From Lepidodermella squamata (lineage: Eukaryota; Animalia; Gastrotricha), in assembly GCA_047495785.1 (NCBI GenBank), contig JBLDXI010000060.1:310001-374000 (forward strand): a stretch of 64,000 nucleotides of DNA. Reading direction: 5' to 3'. The notes beneath the pieces are model-generated. The model was given only the letters and a program-made list of their open reading frames with translations, searched no databases and was not told the DNA's origin. The translations under genes were made by a program, and so were the position numbers. This document shows positions 35,842 through 47,530 of this stretch, in pieces (the first letter of the stretch is position 1; each line of letters begins with the position of its first letter).

Positions 35842-37467
35842 AAAATATTTAGATCTAAGTATTGAATAAGATCAGGAAGTTGTGTCTCTGTGTACAAGTT
35901 AAATTTACAGGTTGAGGGTGAAGAGTCGCAGAAGCCTGAAGTGATATCTCACTTGGCACATGCTTGAGTCTTGAGTGTATCAGCTAGTTTCTACCAAGAT
36001 CACGATACCGAAAAGCGCTGTTTGAAGTGTCACTTCACCTTTGCTTATGCAAGCACCTCTCAAAGTGAGCGCGTTTGCTCACTGGAGCCTTTGGCTTATT
36101 GATTGTCCCATATATAAGTAAGCCCCTCTAGTTCTCTTCGGCTGGCTCTGGAAGGGTATGATACTGGTGCATGGCCTGAATAAGCGAGAGATAAAGGAAC
36201 AATGGTTGCAAGCAACAGTTTCACCCTTGGGCTTGGGCTTGAACGTGTCAGGCTATCGAAAAAACTGACCTAAAAACGACAGGTACAATTAAGACGGATA
36301 CGCAGGATACGAAAAAATAATTACGGTAAACCCAACGGATGAGATGATATCGCCAATATTTGAATTTTGATAAATTGCGGTTAAAACCAACAGATTAGAG
36401 AATGACTATCTCAATGCCAACCATTTAACTCTTGTTATTAATGGTATGCTCACTTCTTGATTTTTCTCATAGCGCCCTTCTACATAAAAAAAATAACAAT
36501 CATAGACTAGTATGTAACAAAAAAAATGCCGCAGCCAAAAAAAAAACGGCCGGTGTTCATGAGAAAGAATTAATTCAATTACAGGCATTTAAAAAATTTC
36601 GCCACAGGACTGAATATTTTAGGCATTTTTTGCATCAGCTATTATAATATCGTTAAAACGTCATCTGACCTTTTGTAATGTCAGGAATTTGAAAAAAACT
36701 GTTAACATACGTGATCGTTTCACTTCGTTCATAGCAATTAGCGCAACAAAAAATGTCTGTGTCTCCTTAGTGCAATCTGAAATAATGAAATCGGCTACTT
36801 TCTCGAATTGGCGAAACAATTTTCGGCTTTAAACAAGTATGATAAGTGAGCTAGGTAAACAGGATCTTTTACCATCCTGTTCAAATTACGAAAATGCCTC
36901 AGAGAATCGTCTAAAGTCCACCGTTCATGACTGATGTTCGTTATGGTAATGCTAAGGAATAATTTCGGAATAATTTCATTGCCTCAAAATTTGGCAAAGA
37001 AAATTGAGAGAATTGAGAATGACCTAAAAATAAGGATTTAAATGAGGATTTAAAATTAAATAATTAATTAAAAATGCAGAACGTTTTCACAGGTAGGCAG
37101 GCTTTGAACGCATTATTCATAATTCTCAGCAGATCCTCGTTTATTTATGGATAGACTCATACTTTGACATACATAGATTTTAACAGAAAATGTTCCCTTT
37201 TTGGAAGGTAATTCTTTCAGAATCGTTTATATTATTTTTCGATTTTTTCAAATATTTGTTGTCTTGGTGAAATACATTATACAAAAACATGCTGTGCTGA
37301 TTTATTTTTCTTTTATCCAAATTATTTTTATAAAAATTACAGCTCTCTCAATTCCAAGCAAAATGCGATAAGAAACCGTTGCTATCGATGCAGCGAGGAT
37401 ATTCGTGATAGCAACTGCCACAAACTTTTCAAGATAATATACCTAATGCCAATTGAGCTCGCAAATA

Positions 37468-37797
37468 ATGGACAAGGCAAGCTATGAGTTGTCGCAGTTT
37501 CAACAGCCGCCAGCCTATGGCGATGTCTCGACCGTCTTCGCACCCAGCGCCCCGTTGCCACCCCCAGCAGCCCCACAACCACATGTTCAAATCATCCTCC
37601 AACCCATCGAACAGCCATGGCAACAGCAGCAACAACAACGGCCACCACCAGCATCGTCCTCGCACGGTGAAACATCAAATCACGTGGAGTTGCTTGAGAA
37701 GCGGGGCAAAATTTGCGCCTACATATTCGCCGGCGTCGTATTTGTCGGCGTTGTAGCTCTGGCGATTGTAGCCGCGCTCGGCTTACTAGGCGATTAA
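37468..37797 (+). CDS. Small Pro/Gln-rich protein with PPxY motif and a single C-terminal TM helix
   Basis: MDKASYELSQFQQPPAYGD...QQQQQQ...KRGKICAYIFAGVVFVGVVALAIVAALGLLGD; GC-richer than flanks; aataaa at ~37868. Confidence 0.6.
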   Translation: MDKASYELSQFQQPPAYGDVSTVFAPSAPLPPPAAPQPHVQIILQPIEQPWQQQQQQRPPPASSSHGETSNHVELLEKRGKICAYIFAGVVFVGVVALAIVAALGLLGD

Positions 37798-38110
37798 ATT
37801 GAATTTGTCTGTCTTGTTGACCGCATCATCATGACTTGTTTTTGATACAGTGGTGGCCACTTCGTAGAATAAACATTTCACTATCGCGTTTAAAACCCCC
37901 TGCTGATACGTAAACATCATCATGTGAAGTGGAGCAAATCGCATCAAAAATTGAGTGGAAAAAAGTCGCACAGTGAAAAAAACGAGTTCGCTTATTAAAT
38001 TAGGTGCGCTCAGCTGCGCTTCTGATTTCCGCAATTAGCCGCCAGGCGCTTAATATCCGCCAGGGCTGATGCGTTGCTTGACTGATGACCTCATTTTTAT
38101 CAATTCTACA

Positions 38111-40034
38111 ATGCAATATATTCACTGGTTCATCATGATTTTGGCTAGCCTCCAGCCTGGGCTCACGACTTGGAACAGGACCAGTACTGAGCGCAACCTG
38201 TTGATTGAGGACATTCGAGCGAATTTCTCGCGAAAATGCCCCATGTTTGCATCTCGAAATCTTCCCGTTGAATTGGGCGTACGGTCGAATTTTAGCGATC
38301 CTGTTAAACTTATCATCTATTTCACACTACAACGGCTTGTTGCGATTGATGACGCGGCGAGAAGTTTGTCGATTTTTGTAGAAATCAACGTCATTTGGCC
38401 GCTTGCTTGCACCGAAGCTATGACGAGTAGTAACTTTGGCCAAACGGCCATGGATAAGGTGTTCTTTTTCGTCAATTCAAGCGATATTTGGTACCCGAAA
38501 CTCATCCACGTAAATGCCTTGGCCGAATCGAGGCCCATCGAAACGTGAGTCACGGAGTCACTAGTTTTCAGCTTGACTAGCAGCTGACAGTTTATTGAGT
38601 GTAAGTCTCACGCGAACAATTTGAAAAATTCGAAGCTTGGAAATGTACTATACATTTTTTAGTAAAAACGCAAATTTATCGCATAATCAAATTTCGAGAA
38701 TTTTTCGAAATTTCGGATTACTTTTGGATGCTTTGAAATCGCATATTTACAGCATATGTACTTTGTATAAAAAAAGAACACATTTTTCACGAACAATGGT
38801 ATTTTGAGAATTTTCGGAATTTTTTTAGATATTTTTTTAATTTTGAGGGTCTTGGTTTTAGCGGAACGTAATTTTAAATAATTAATTCGTACAAATCGGC
38901 TTTTTCTGGAATAATTTAACGATTAATTAGAAAAATCTCAAAAGAAGTCCCGTGATTTTCTGTATTAAGGCATAATTTAAAGTAAAACTAGCACATAAAT
39001 AAGCGGATTCCTGTGATATCCCTCATCACGGCTTTGCGAACAAGGCTAAATCAATATTATTAACAGACAATACAAATTTATAAAATCTGATAAAATCTAA
39101 TACCTATATTTACATTGAGAAGCTTCGAGTTTATCGCCTGAAAATCTGCCTTAAGAAAATAAGGAATTAGTGCGGCGTAGGTGTGATTATTTCCTATAAT
39201 AATTAGACTGCATTTTTCGAAGAAGGTTGGGGCACTCTCAGAATTTTTGAGACCATTTTTACATGCTAACGAATACTTGAAAATGTATGATGTTCTCTTT
39301 GCAGATTGTTACGTGATGGCCTGATCGTTAACCCGCTAGCCCACGAGCCATCGGTCGCTCTTTGGGTCAGCGGCCAGCTGGACTCAACCTGCGAATCATA
39401 CACAATTTCTCGCTACCCGCTCGACACGCTTGACTGCACCGTAGTCTTCGAGCCGTTCGACACGTCCGACATGGTTCGAATCGAGCCGCATCGCGTTTAC
39501 TTCGAACTCGAACCAGTCAGCGCAGCTCACGACAACTGGGACCTTGTTCTGCCCTTCAACCACTCGGCAACAACCCACCACCGGCAAACAGGCGTCTACG
39601 ACCGCGCCGGCTTTCACATGCGGTTCAGACGCCGCACTTCGCTGCATCACACGGCGATTTTCTTCCAGGTTTTCGTGCTCACAATTCTTCAACTGAGCTC
39701 ACTGCTGATGGAGCCATGCGCCACAGATCGACCAGTTTTCTGCCTCATCGCCATGCTAGGGCTAGTCGTACTGCTAACCGCATTTTCACAAGGGCTACCT
39801 CCTACATCTGAGCCTGTTCACTTTGTTTCACTGATTGAATTTAACATTTTAATGAGTTCAGTCGTGGCTATATATTGCCTGGCAACTTGTGCCGTAGCCG
39901 ACTCGGAGTGGGCTAGAAGCGAGTCAGTTTTCAGGTACACGTGGATTCGATTGACAGACCTCGTGTTCGGATTCATCTCCACGCTCCTCATCACTGCGAT
40001 CGACGTCATGTTTGTCGCTAAAATGATACTTTGA
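38111..40034 (+). CDS. Divergent pLGIC subunit, copy 6 (inverted relative to copies 1-5)
   Basis: Exon 38111-38544, 760-bp phase-2 intron 38545-39304 at the family-conserved position, exon 39305-40034; Cys loop CESYTISRYPLDTLDC; four TM. Confidence 0.85.
38847..38960. repeat. Dispersed repeat fragment, related to 42176-42320
   Basis: gggtcttggttttagcggaa...tttttctggaat...aaaaatct is shared with gggtcttagttttagcggaa... at 42176; accounts for part of the enlarged intron. Confidence 0.55.
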
Positions 40035-40699
40035 AATGATGGAAATAAATCGATAACAGGTCAAACGATGAGACGTTCTAGATTTTTGATAGCCTCTTTT
40101 ATGGATAAATTGATTGCTCTATCAAGAAATCGAAATATTATAAGGAGAAATCGATTTGACGTAGTAGCATTTCTCACTCTGAAATTGCGGGGGAAATCCA
40201 GGACAGGCGCCCACCTTGAGAAAAATAATAGCAAAATTGTGATTACGGGTGCAATTCGAGTGCATCCGCTCGAGTCCGCGACAAGTGCGATGACTGCGTA
40301 TAATAATAATATAATAAGATATTGACGAGTTATTAGGGAAAAGGATCCGGAAAGTGGGTCAAATCGGAAGAGGAAATTTAGGTCCAGATTTGATATTTTT
40401 GGGAATTTTTCACGCTGAAATTTCAAATTAAAGTTTAAAAAATTTTGAAATTTTTGAATTTTTTTGAAAAACCTTTGTGCTTTTGCAACTACTCGTGTGA
40501 ATTTTTGAATTGGGTTTAATTTTTGAGAAAATAAACGCGTTTCATCTGCGACCAATCAGGCGAAAATAAAGAAGTCAAATTATTCCATTCCTGATTTTAT
40601 TATTATCGGTAATTCGATCGGTTATTTTAGGAACAAAAAAGCGGGCTTGAACTGGCTCGTAAAATCACAATGCAAAAATGCCAGGTGGCAAGAAGCAGT

Positions 40700-41535
40700 T
40701 CAAAGGGCGACAACCGAGAGCAGGCCAGCAGCCGCGGCGATGATGACGGCCGTCGACAGCACGACGTGCTCGGCGCCGTTGCAGAAGTCGGTCCGGCAGC
40801 AGAAGACGTCGGCCGACGCGCCGCGCCTCGAGTCGCGCCGCTTGCAGTCCGGCTGGCAGCCCTTGGTGACGTAGCTGACCGGCGGGCCTTGCGGGCCGGT
40901 GCCGCCGGTGAACGAGCGGCGCTGGCGGTAGTAGACGCCCGGCGCCGGCAGGCCGGGTCCGCTGAGCAGCGCCGATGTGCGGCTGGCGAGCACCGGGTTC
41001 TCGAGTACCATGCCGGGTACGGCTCCACCGAGTGGGCCCACTGCGGCGCCTGGCATCAGCGCTGGGCCGCCGACTGGTACCGCTGCGATGCCGGCAGAGG
41101 CGCCTGGCCCAACGGGTACAACGGCTTCGGCGGGTTGAATCGGCCCGGCAACGGCTCCGGCGGGTATTGGCTGGCCGTAGGGCTCGGCATCAACAAAGCC
41201 GGTCGCGACTGATTTCTAACAAAATTTGAAAAATTTACAAAATTGCTCCTTTAATTGAATTTCATGGACAAATTTGGAAATTTTTTTCAAAAAATTTGAA
41301 TAATAAAAAAAATGAAAATAAAATTTGGGACAAACCACACAGAAGCCGTGTTCAATGACGCATGTCCCAGTAACGCTGTCGACACATTGAAGCAATCCAG
41401 CTGTTGAAAAAATGAATAATAAAATTGAAAAATAATCATTTTGAAAAAAAACTCACGCTGTCGACTGCCTGCACCCGGGAAATTAAGCGCCAAGGCGATG
41501 AATACCGATGATAATAGGAAAGAGAGGCTGAGCAT
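40700..41535 (-). CDS. GPI-anchored Ly6/uPAR three-finger protein with ~120-aa Pro/Gly/Ala loop insertion
   Basis: Exons 41535-~41457, ~41400-41336, 41215-40700 give signal peptide - LQC...TC....FC-[insert]-KGC..DC...FCCRTDFCN - hydrophobic GPI-type tail. Confidence 0.8.
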
Positions 41536-41929
41536 TCTGAATGTATGATGTGATGGTAATATATTATTATTGTGAGGTGAATGCTGAGACTGATGCTGAA
41601 CCACGGCTTCGCTGCCGCCTGATATGGACCGCCATGGCTGTGTGACAATTCTAAAGCTCAATCTCTATTGCACAACAATGATTTGATTGCAGTAGATTTA
41701 TTTTTGAATCGCTCGAGTTGCGTTACCATAACAGTCTATTACGCCCAAATATTACATTATGGTCGTGTTCAAGCTGTCTTTTTGAAGAATTCAGCCTGTT
41801 TTAAAAATTGTAGTCATTAATTGTAAATTAAAAGCCTTAGAAAATCATCTGAAAATTGAGAGAAATTTTAGAATTTTTTAGAAACAGAAAATCTGCGGCT
41901 CCTTATGACTTGCCTGAAAATATCAACTA

Positions 41930-42102
41930 CAGGGTGACCAAAAAACTTTGCAGAAGGCGAATTCGATGCGCAGCGATTTACGGAGGAAATTCAAGAAATT
42001 GAGGAGTTCCATTGAATGCTTGAAATTCGTCAACTTCTTAAAACTTCTCATTAAATTGATACGCATCGAATTCGCCTTCTGCCCAATTTTTTGGCCACCC
42101 TG
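41930..42102. mobile_element. Tc1/mariner-type MITE, 173 bp
   Basis: TA|cagggtgaccaaaaaa..gcagaaggcgaattcgatgcg ... cgcatcgaattcgccttctgc..ttttttggccaccctg|TA. Confidence 0.88.
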
Positions 42103-42175
42103 TATATTCTCAAGCACAGACAGAAGGTTTCTCGAATAAAAGTTGAGCAGATTGTAGCGTTTTAAAAATTATTTG

Positions 42176-42460
42176 GGTCTTAGTTTTAGCGGAATCAAGT
42201 TTGGGCGGGAGCGGGCCAAATTTTGAGTAAACAATCCGCGCAAAAATGAATTTTTCAATTTTTCTGGAATTTCACGCTTAATTTAAAAAAATCTGAATAA
42301 TGACCGCAATATTCTTCGCGATCTAATCTATAGAAGGCCTGGCCATCACTTTTACTTCGAAAAAATGTATTCGAAAAATGGCTATTCTTTTTTATTCGCG
42401 TTTGGAACCAAATTTCGAAATTTGGTTACAACGATACAGCCAATTTTGGTTCCGCTAAAT
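42176..42460. repeat. Dispersed repeat / degenerate MITE
   Basis: tttagcggaa(t)c at ~42186 with inverted ggttccgctaaa at ~42449; related to 38847. Confidence 0.5.
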
Positions 42461-44334
42461 TTGGTTGATGATATCCTGCTATAATTTTGTAGTAAAACCG
42501 AAAATTTATAAACACACTTGAGTAACACTCACTTATCGACTGATTTGCGAGGTTAAAATGCAAAAATTTTTTTTATTTAATTTAATCTTCAACATGACCA
42601 TTCTGAACTACGGCCTAAAGACATTTCCAGGTGGACGAATAAGGGCAATATCAACAATTATCAGCACAAACCCAGCTTGATGCCGGTCCAGAGGCTATCG
42701 ATTGGTTAATCGATTAATTAACGTAATTGATTAATTCCGCACCTCAAACACAACCGCTTTACCGCCTAAGTAACCGATTGTCTCATACTTTTTCTCTCCT
42801 TATGCCACCTGAATGAAGGCCTGAATGAATCACGATAGCTTCATTTTCATGCGTAAATTATGTTCAAAATCTAATATCTCGGAATCTAATGTGCGGGGAG
42901 CAACTGAGCAGAGATTTTGTTATTTTGGGAATTGAGATTTTATTTCAAATTGATGGCGAAACGAGCAATTCCTTATATAGTAGGTTTTGCGGCGAAGTAA
43001 TAATTTCGCCCTGTTTCTGCCGTAGTCACGCCGTAGTTCATCAGCCGTGGTTCCGCCGATGCCGCAACAGTCGAAACTATTCGATGGCACTGATGATGCG
43101 CGACTCGCAATACAGCTACATATCAATCTGAAAATTAAGCTGGATTGAAGGCCATTTACAACCTTTCGCAGGTGATTGCTCAATCGCAGGCTGATTTCGA
43201 TCACAATCAACAGCAATTTCATTTCATAGATTGAAATCGTCATGAATATTGTTCAGCCCATTTGTAAAACTCAATTTAATGTGAAATATTTGCTGCATTT
43301 TTTCGAGCTGGAGATGTCACTCGGCCGTCACGTTGCCGGTTGTTCACTTGACACGCACTTCATTTGTTTTATTTATTGATTCAGCCACAACAAAATCAGG
43401 ATTTAAAATCTCAAACATCAAAGCTCAGATCTCGCAAGATGACAGGAAAATTGTACTAGTCTTAGTGTCTAGAATAAACTTTAAATTATCATTGGCGATC
43501 AAAATTGATCAACTAATTCCTGAGAAATCAGGCTATTCAACGGGTCGAAATCTGGAAGCTGGAGTAAATTTCCTAGAGAAAAAAATATGCGTATCATGAG
43601 TGTACGGTCAGAGTATCGATGTAGATAGTTCGGGTCCGTTTCAGATTCCTTTCAGCCCAAACCTTATAGATCGATATTAGTTGTTAGGTTGGAATAAGGC
43701 CGAAGATTTGTTTATAATTGACTTTGATCAGTTAAATTGATGTCTGTTTTCAACCAATTCATCAATTCAGTAAAGTTTGGCAGCATGACTGTGAAGAAGT
43801 TCGTCTTATTCCCCATTTTTTAATCTAAACGAGTTATTTCGGTAATCACTGACAGCCCCTGTCCGGGTAATCTCAGCCTCGTCGTTATTTGAACAAGTTT
43901 CAGAGTGGTTTAAATTGGCAACTTCTCATAGTTCTATAATCGCCAACTAAACATCGCTGATCAGTCTTATTTAATCAACATAGGAATGTCTTGTATTAAA
44001 GTCTAAGGAATTTGTTGTTTGTCATTGCATTTCTTCCCGAGGGGCTGTAGATTTCCTGCCTATTATTGCGTAGCTAATCGGCTGGCAAATCAAGCATGCG
44101 ATTCGATGAAATGTCACCTGACATTTAAGACAATCTGATTTCACACAAAAATAGACTATACGATCTATAGGATTGGACATTATTATCCTTCAGCGTGGTG
44201 AATCCATTTCCTGCTATAATATGAATCACTGAAGCCAATAAGGAAGATATATGACTGAAATTGAACCGGTAACCTTTATTGTTTCCAAGTGTAACAAAAT
44301 AAAAAGAGAAATAAATCAGTAAAAAGCAGATAGT

Positions 44335-45040
44335 CTAACCCCGCCCTGACATAATGTCACTAGCTACCTTCTGAGCCCACATGTAGAACGACCCGCGTTG
44401 GTGGCAGATGTCAGCCGACTTGAAAATGCCCATGCATTCATTGAGCCGTTTCAGATGTTGCGCCTCGCGAACAACATCGGCAAGCTGTCGCATGCGCTGT
44501 GCCAGCACTAGCGCGACATTGTCACACGTCAGCGGAGCAGAGATGGTTGCAGCCGGAATTGCACCCTGGCGATAGAACTTCGAGGGATTCGCCTGTTTTT
44601 CTTTTGTGACCGCTTGCTTCAAGTTTTTAAATCCTTTGGCATATTTCGGTGTCGTAGTTGTGCGATGGCGAGGCTTTGGCCGGGTCTTGACGGATACCTT
44701 CGCGATACTCGGCTTCGTTTTACGCGTGGTTGGACGAGCAGTTGTTGTAATAACCGGGCCGCGGTACGCTTTCTTTTTCGCTACGCAGTTGAGTTGGAAT
44801 CGTTTAGCCGCAACTATCGAGAGAGATATTAGCTTTACTGCAGCCTCGTGGAGATTTACTGGGAAAAAGAGACCAGTAGGAAAAATAAAAAATCGGAAAT
44901 AAATGCTTACCCTGGTTGCCATCAAGCTGTTTTATAGCATGTTTCCATCTGTTGGCTTTATCGTCATCATCAGTTTCGGAGTGGGCATCGATAACAGTAA
45001 GCAGCAGAGATATCATCGCGACTGCAGTGAATAAAGGCAT
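44335..45040 (-). CDS. Secreted precursor-like protein, C-M-x8-C...FYxW family, member A
   Basis: Signal-peptide exon 45040-44911, phase-1 intron, exon 2 ending KRLNECMGIFKSADICHQRGSFYMWAQKVASDIMSGRG*. Confidence 0.75.
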
Positions 45041-45722
45041 TTTCGAAAATCTCTAAATTTTCAATCATATGGATATCTTCAGAAACAAAATAAGCGATAG
45101 TATAATGCGTCGACATGATGTCGGCAGACCATTTATTGATCGCCTCTTTAATTTGAATGACAACGCGTGACAGTGCATTTACGTATTGTCAATTCACAAA
45201 AATAGCCTGTGTTATGGCCTGTAAAACAGTACTTGACATTAAGTCTTTTTCGGTTCAATGAAGCCACGCACTTCATGTGAAAAAATAGTCTGAATTCAGG
45301 AATAATCGGGGTCAGAGTGCCAAGCATTGTCATAAGGCCAATATTCCCGCTTTCAACCACTTCAGCTCAATTTGTTTTCAAATACTATAGCCAGTACTAC
45401 ACAAAATTGGGTTGGAAAAAATAAGACGCAAGGCTGCTTTTAGGCTGCGTACTGTATTCACTGCCGTAGTCGAGCTATGAATGATTCATCATTTATTGTC
45501 AGAGTCACTGAGAAAACAAAAACATAGTCAGACATATTCTCCGAACAAACAGCTTGAAATTTCATCCTAAACAGTATTAATTAAATCAGCCGCATTGACG
45601 AGCTCAAACCTGCTAAGCATCTGCAGAAAAACAAAAATGCTTCAAAGAAAAGTGTTAGGTTACACCTGCCGTATCGACTTGCGAATATTATGTATGTTTA
45701 TGGTGAGCACTGGGAGTTGAAT

Positions 45723-46356
45723 TCATAGTATTCGCCGGCCCGACATGATTTCCTTCGCTAAAACTTGCGCCCACATGTAGAATGTCTTCTTCTGGTGGCA
45801 GATTTCCGCTGAACCAAAGACTGCCATACAGGATTGAAACCGCTGACGCCGTCGAATCTCCGCAATCACATCCGACAATTGTTGCAGCTGAAGTGACAAC
45901 AGCCCAGCAGCTTGAGAGCAAGGTTCGACAAGGCTTCTACCAGCTATGTCAAATATCGGATTTTCCACGGCAAAGTTTTTGCGTTGAAGAAGGCCTGTCA
46001 ACATTCGAAGCTTCCTTAGGGCTTTTATCGGTTCAACTGTGGGCTCGGGACTTAATTTGCTAAACCTTTCTAACTCAGATTTTTTACCAAGCAGCTTCAG
46101 GTCAATTTTGACGCTGCCACAGAGTTTCTGATACTGTTTGGTTCCAATGAAAGATCTTCGCAGCAGCATTCCTACTAAATCGGCCATATCGCCTGCTGTT
46201 AGATGACATATTTGCAAAAGCAGTCAAACCGGAATGAATCTTATTACCTTCACCATCTGCTGTATGTGACTGGCCTCTTTTGAAATTAATCAAGGGAAAA
46301 GAAGCACAAGTGCCTGCTGAAACCATGCCAAGGAACGCGATAAGTTCTCCAATCAT
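45723..46356 (-). CDS. Secreted precursor-like protein, C-M-x8-C...FYxW family, member B
   Basis: Signal-peptide exon, phase-1 intron (~46247-46196), ends RRRQRFQSCMAVFGSAEICHQKKTFYMWAQVLAKEIMSGRRIL*. Confidence 0.75.
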
Positions 46357-47530
46357 TATGCTACTTGAAACTTGTGCCTGTTACAATTCAGCCTTAAGCA
46401 AAAAGTAATCTTGTTCCTCAGCACGGTTTGCGGTTCAACATTTTCGACAGCTCAGATTTCTCGCCTTTCAATCGACGGTAAAATCTCTACGACTTTCGGG
46501 ACAAAAGAGGGGTACATCCTACGAAATAATGCGACAGGAGAGGTGGGGCCGGTTTATTTGTGCCGCGCAAACACGTAGAACATTGCCGAGCTTAAAAAAT
46601 CACGCGCAACTACAACCTCAGAATTAAAGCTTCGTATTTTGACTGAGACGTCCGGAAACTAGGCGTAAAAGCCGAAGCTACGCCTTCCTGTTGTTGGAGT
46701 TTCAATTTTAAATGCAGCTTGCTTATGTTCATCTTATGTTGGATGGCGACTGTTGCACAAACCTCATGCTCTTCCCTTTTCACTGAGCCCACGCAGAGTA
46801 TTTGCTGACAAAATTAGAGTTTGGAGTTCAGATCGCTATCCGACTCAAATTTCGCTCACAAGTTACTGTTTTTTCATATTTGATACAAAAGGATATAAGA
46901 ACATAAGAGGAGCTTAGCTACTGCGGTCGAAACAGCGATCTCGGCATATTTCTGGGATCCTAACACAATGTCGTTAAGCCAGCTTGAAATTCTGGAATTT
47001 GGAACGGTAATTCCGGAACGGTAAGCTTGCTGTTACATAAAAAAAGAGTCTTTTGAGAGTTATTTGAAATATCTTCACAGTGGAGTGATTCGTTGATATG
47101 ACTGCAAATGAGTGATTTTGCAGGCTTCTACCAATCATAACAGTTTTTTTTCGCTGAATGGCGGCTTATGGTTGGGAATTTGACAGCTCCGTACGGCTGT
47201 AATAGATACTTGAGACTCAGGAAATAAACGATTGTTATAAAACAATAGCCGAGTCAAGAGGCCGAGTCTCACGCTGTTTGTTTTCGTCGCGCATCGCTTG
47301 CTCAGCTGCGCGCTCTCATCGCCTCCCTCTGCCATCACATGTTTTTGCCTGCTAACTATATATTATAAAATATTATGAGAGCTAATTAATTTAGCAGTGA
47401 GAATATAATGCCATGAGCACGTTTCGCTCATGACCACAATATTAATTTACGGCAATCATAAGTAACTTTCGTGGTCGACAAAAATATTTGTCCCTCATTT
47501 CGGGCCATAACAGATTTTCTGCCGTGTAAA

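Noticed and set aside
40627-41229. Long overlapping alternative ORFs on both strands of the GC-rich exon
   Set aside because: Expected from stop-codon scarcity at high GC; only the Ly6 frame has splice sites and motifs.
42920-43243. ORF containing FDCCG, reminiscent of the tetraspanin CCG motif
   Set aside because: No flanking TM helices or other tetraspanin features; a single short motif is not enough.
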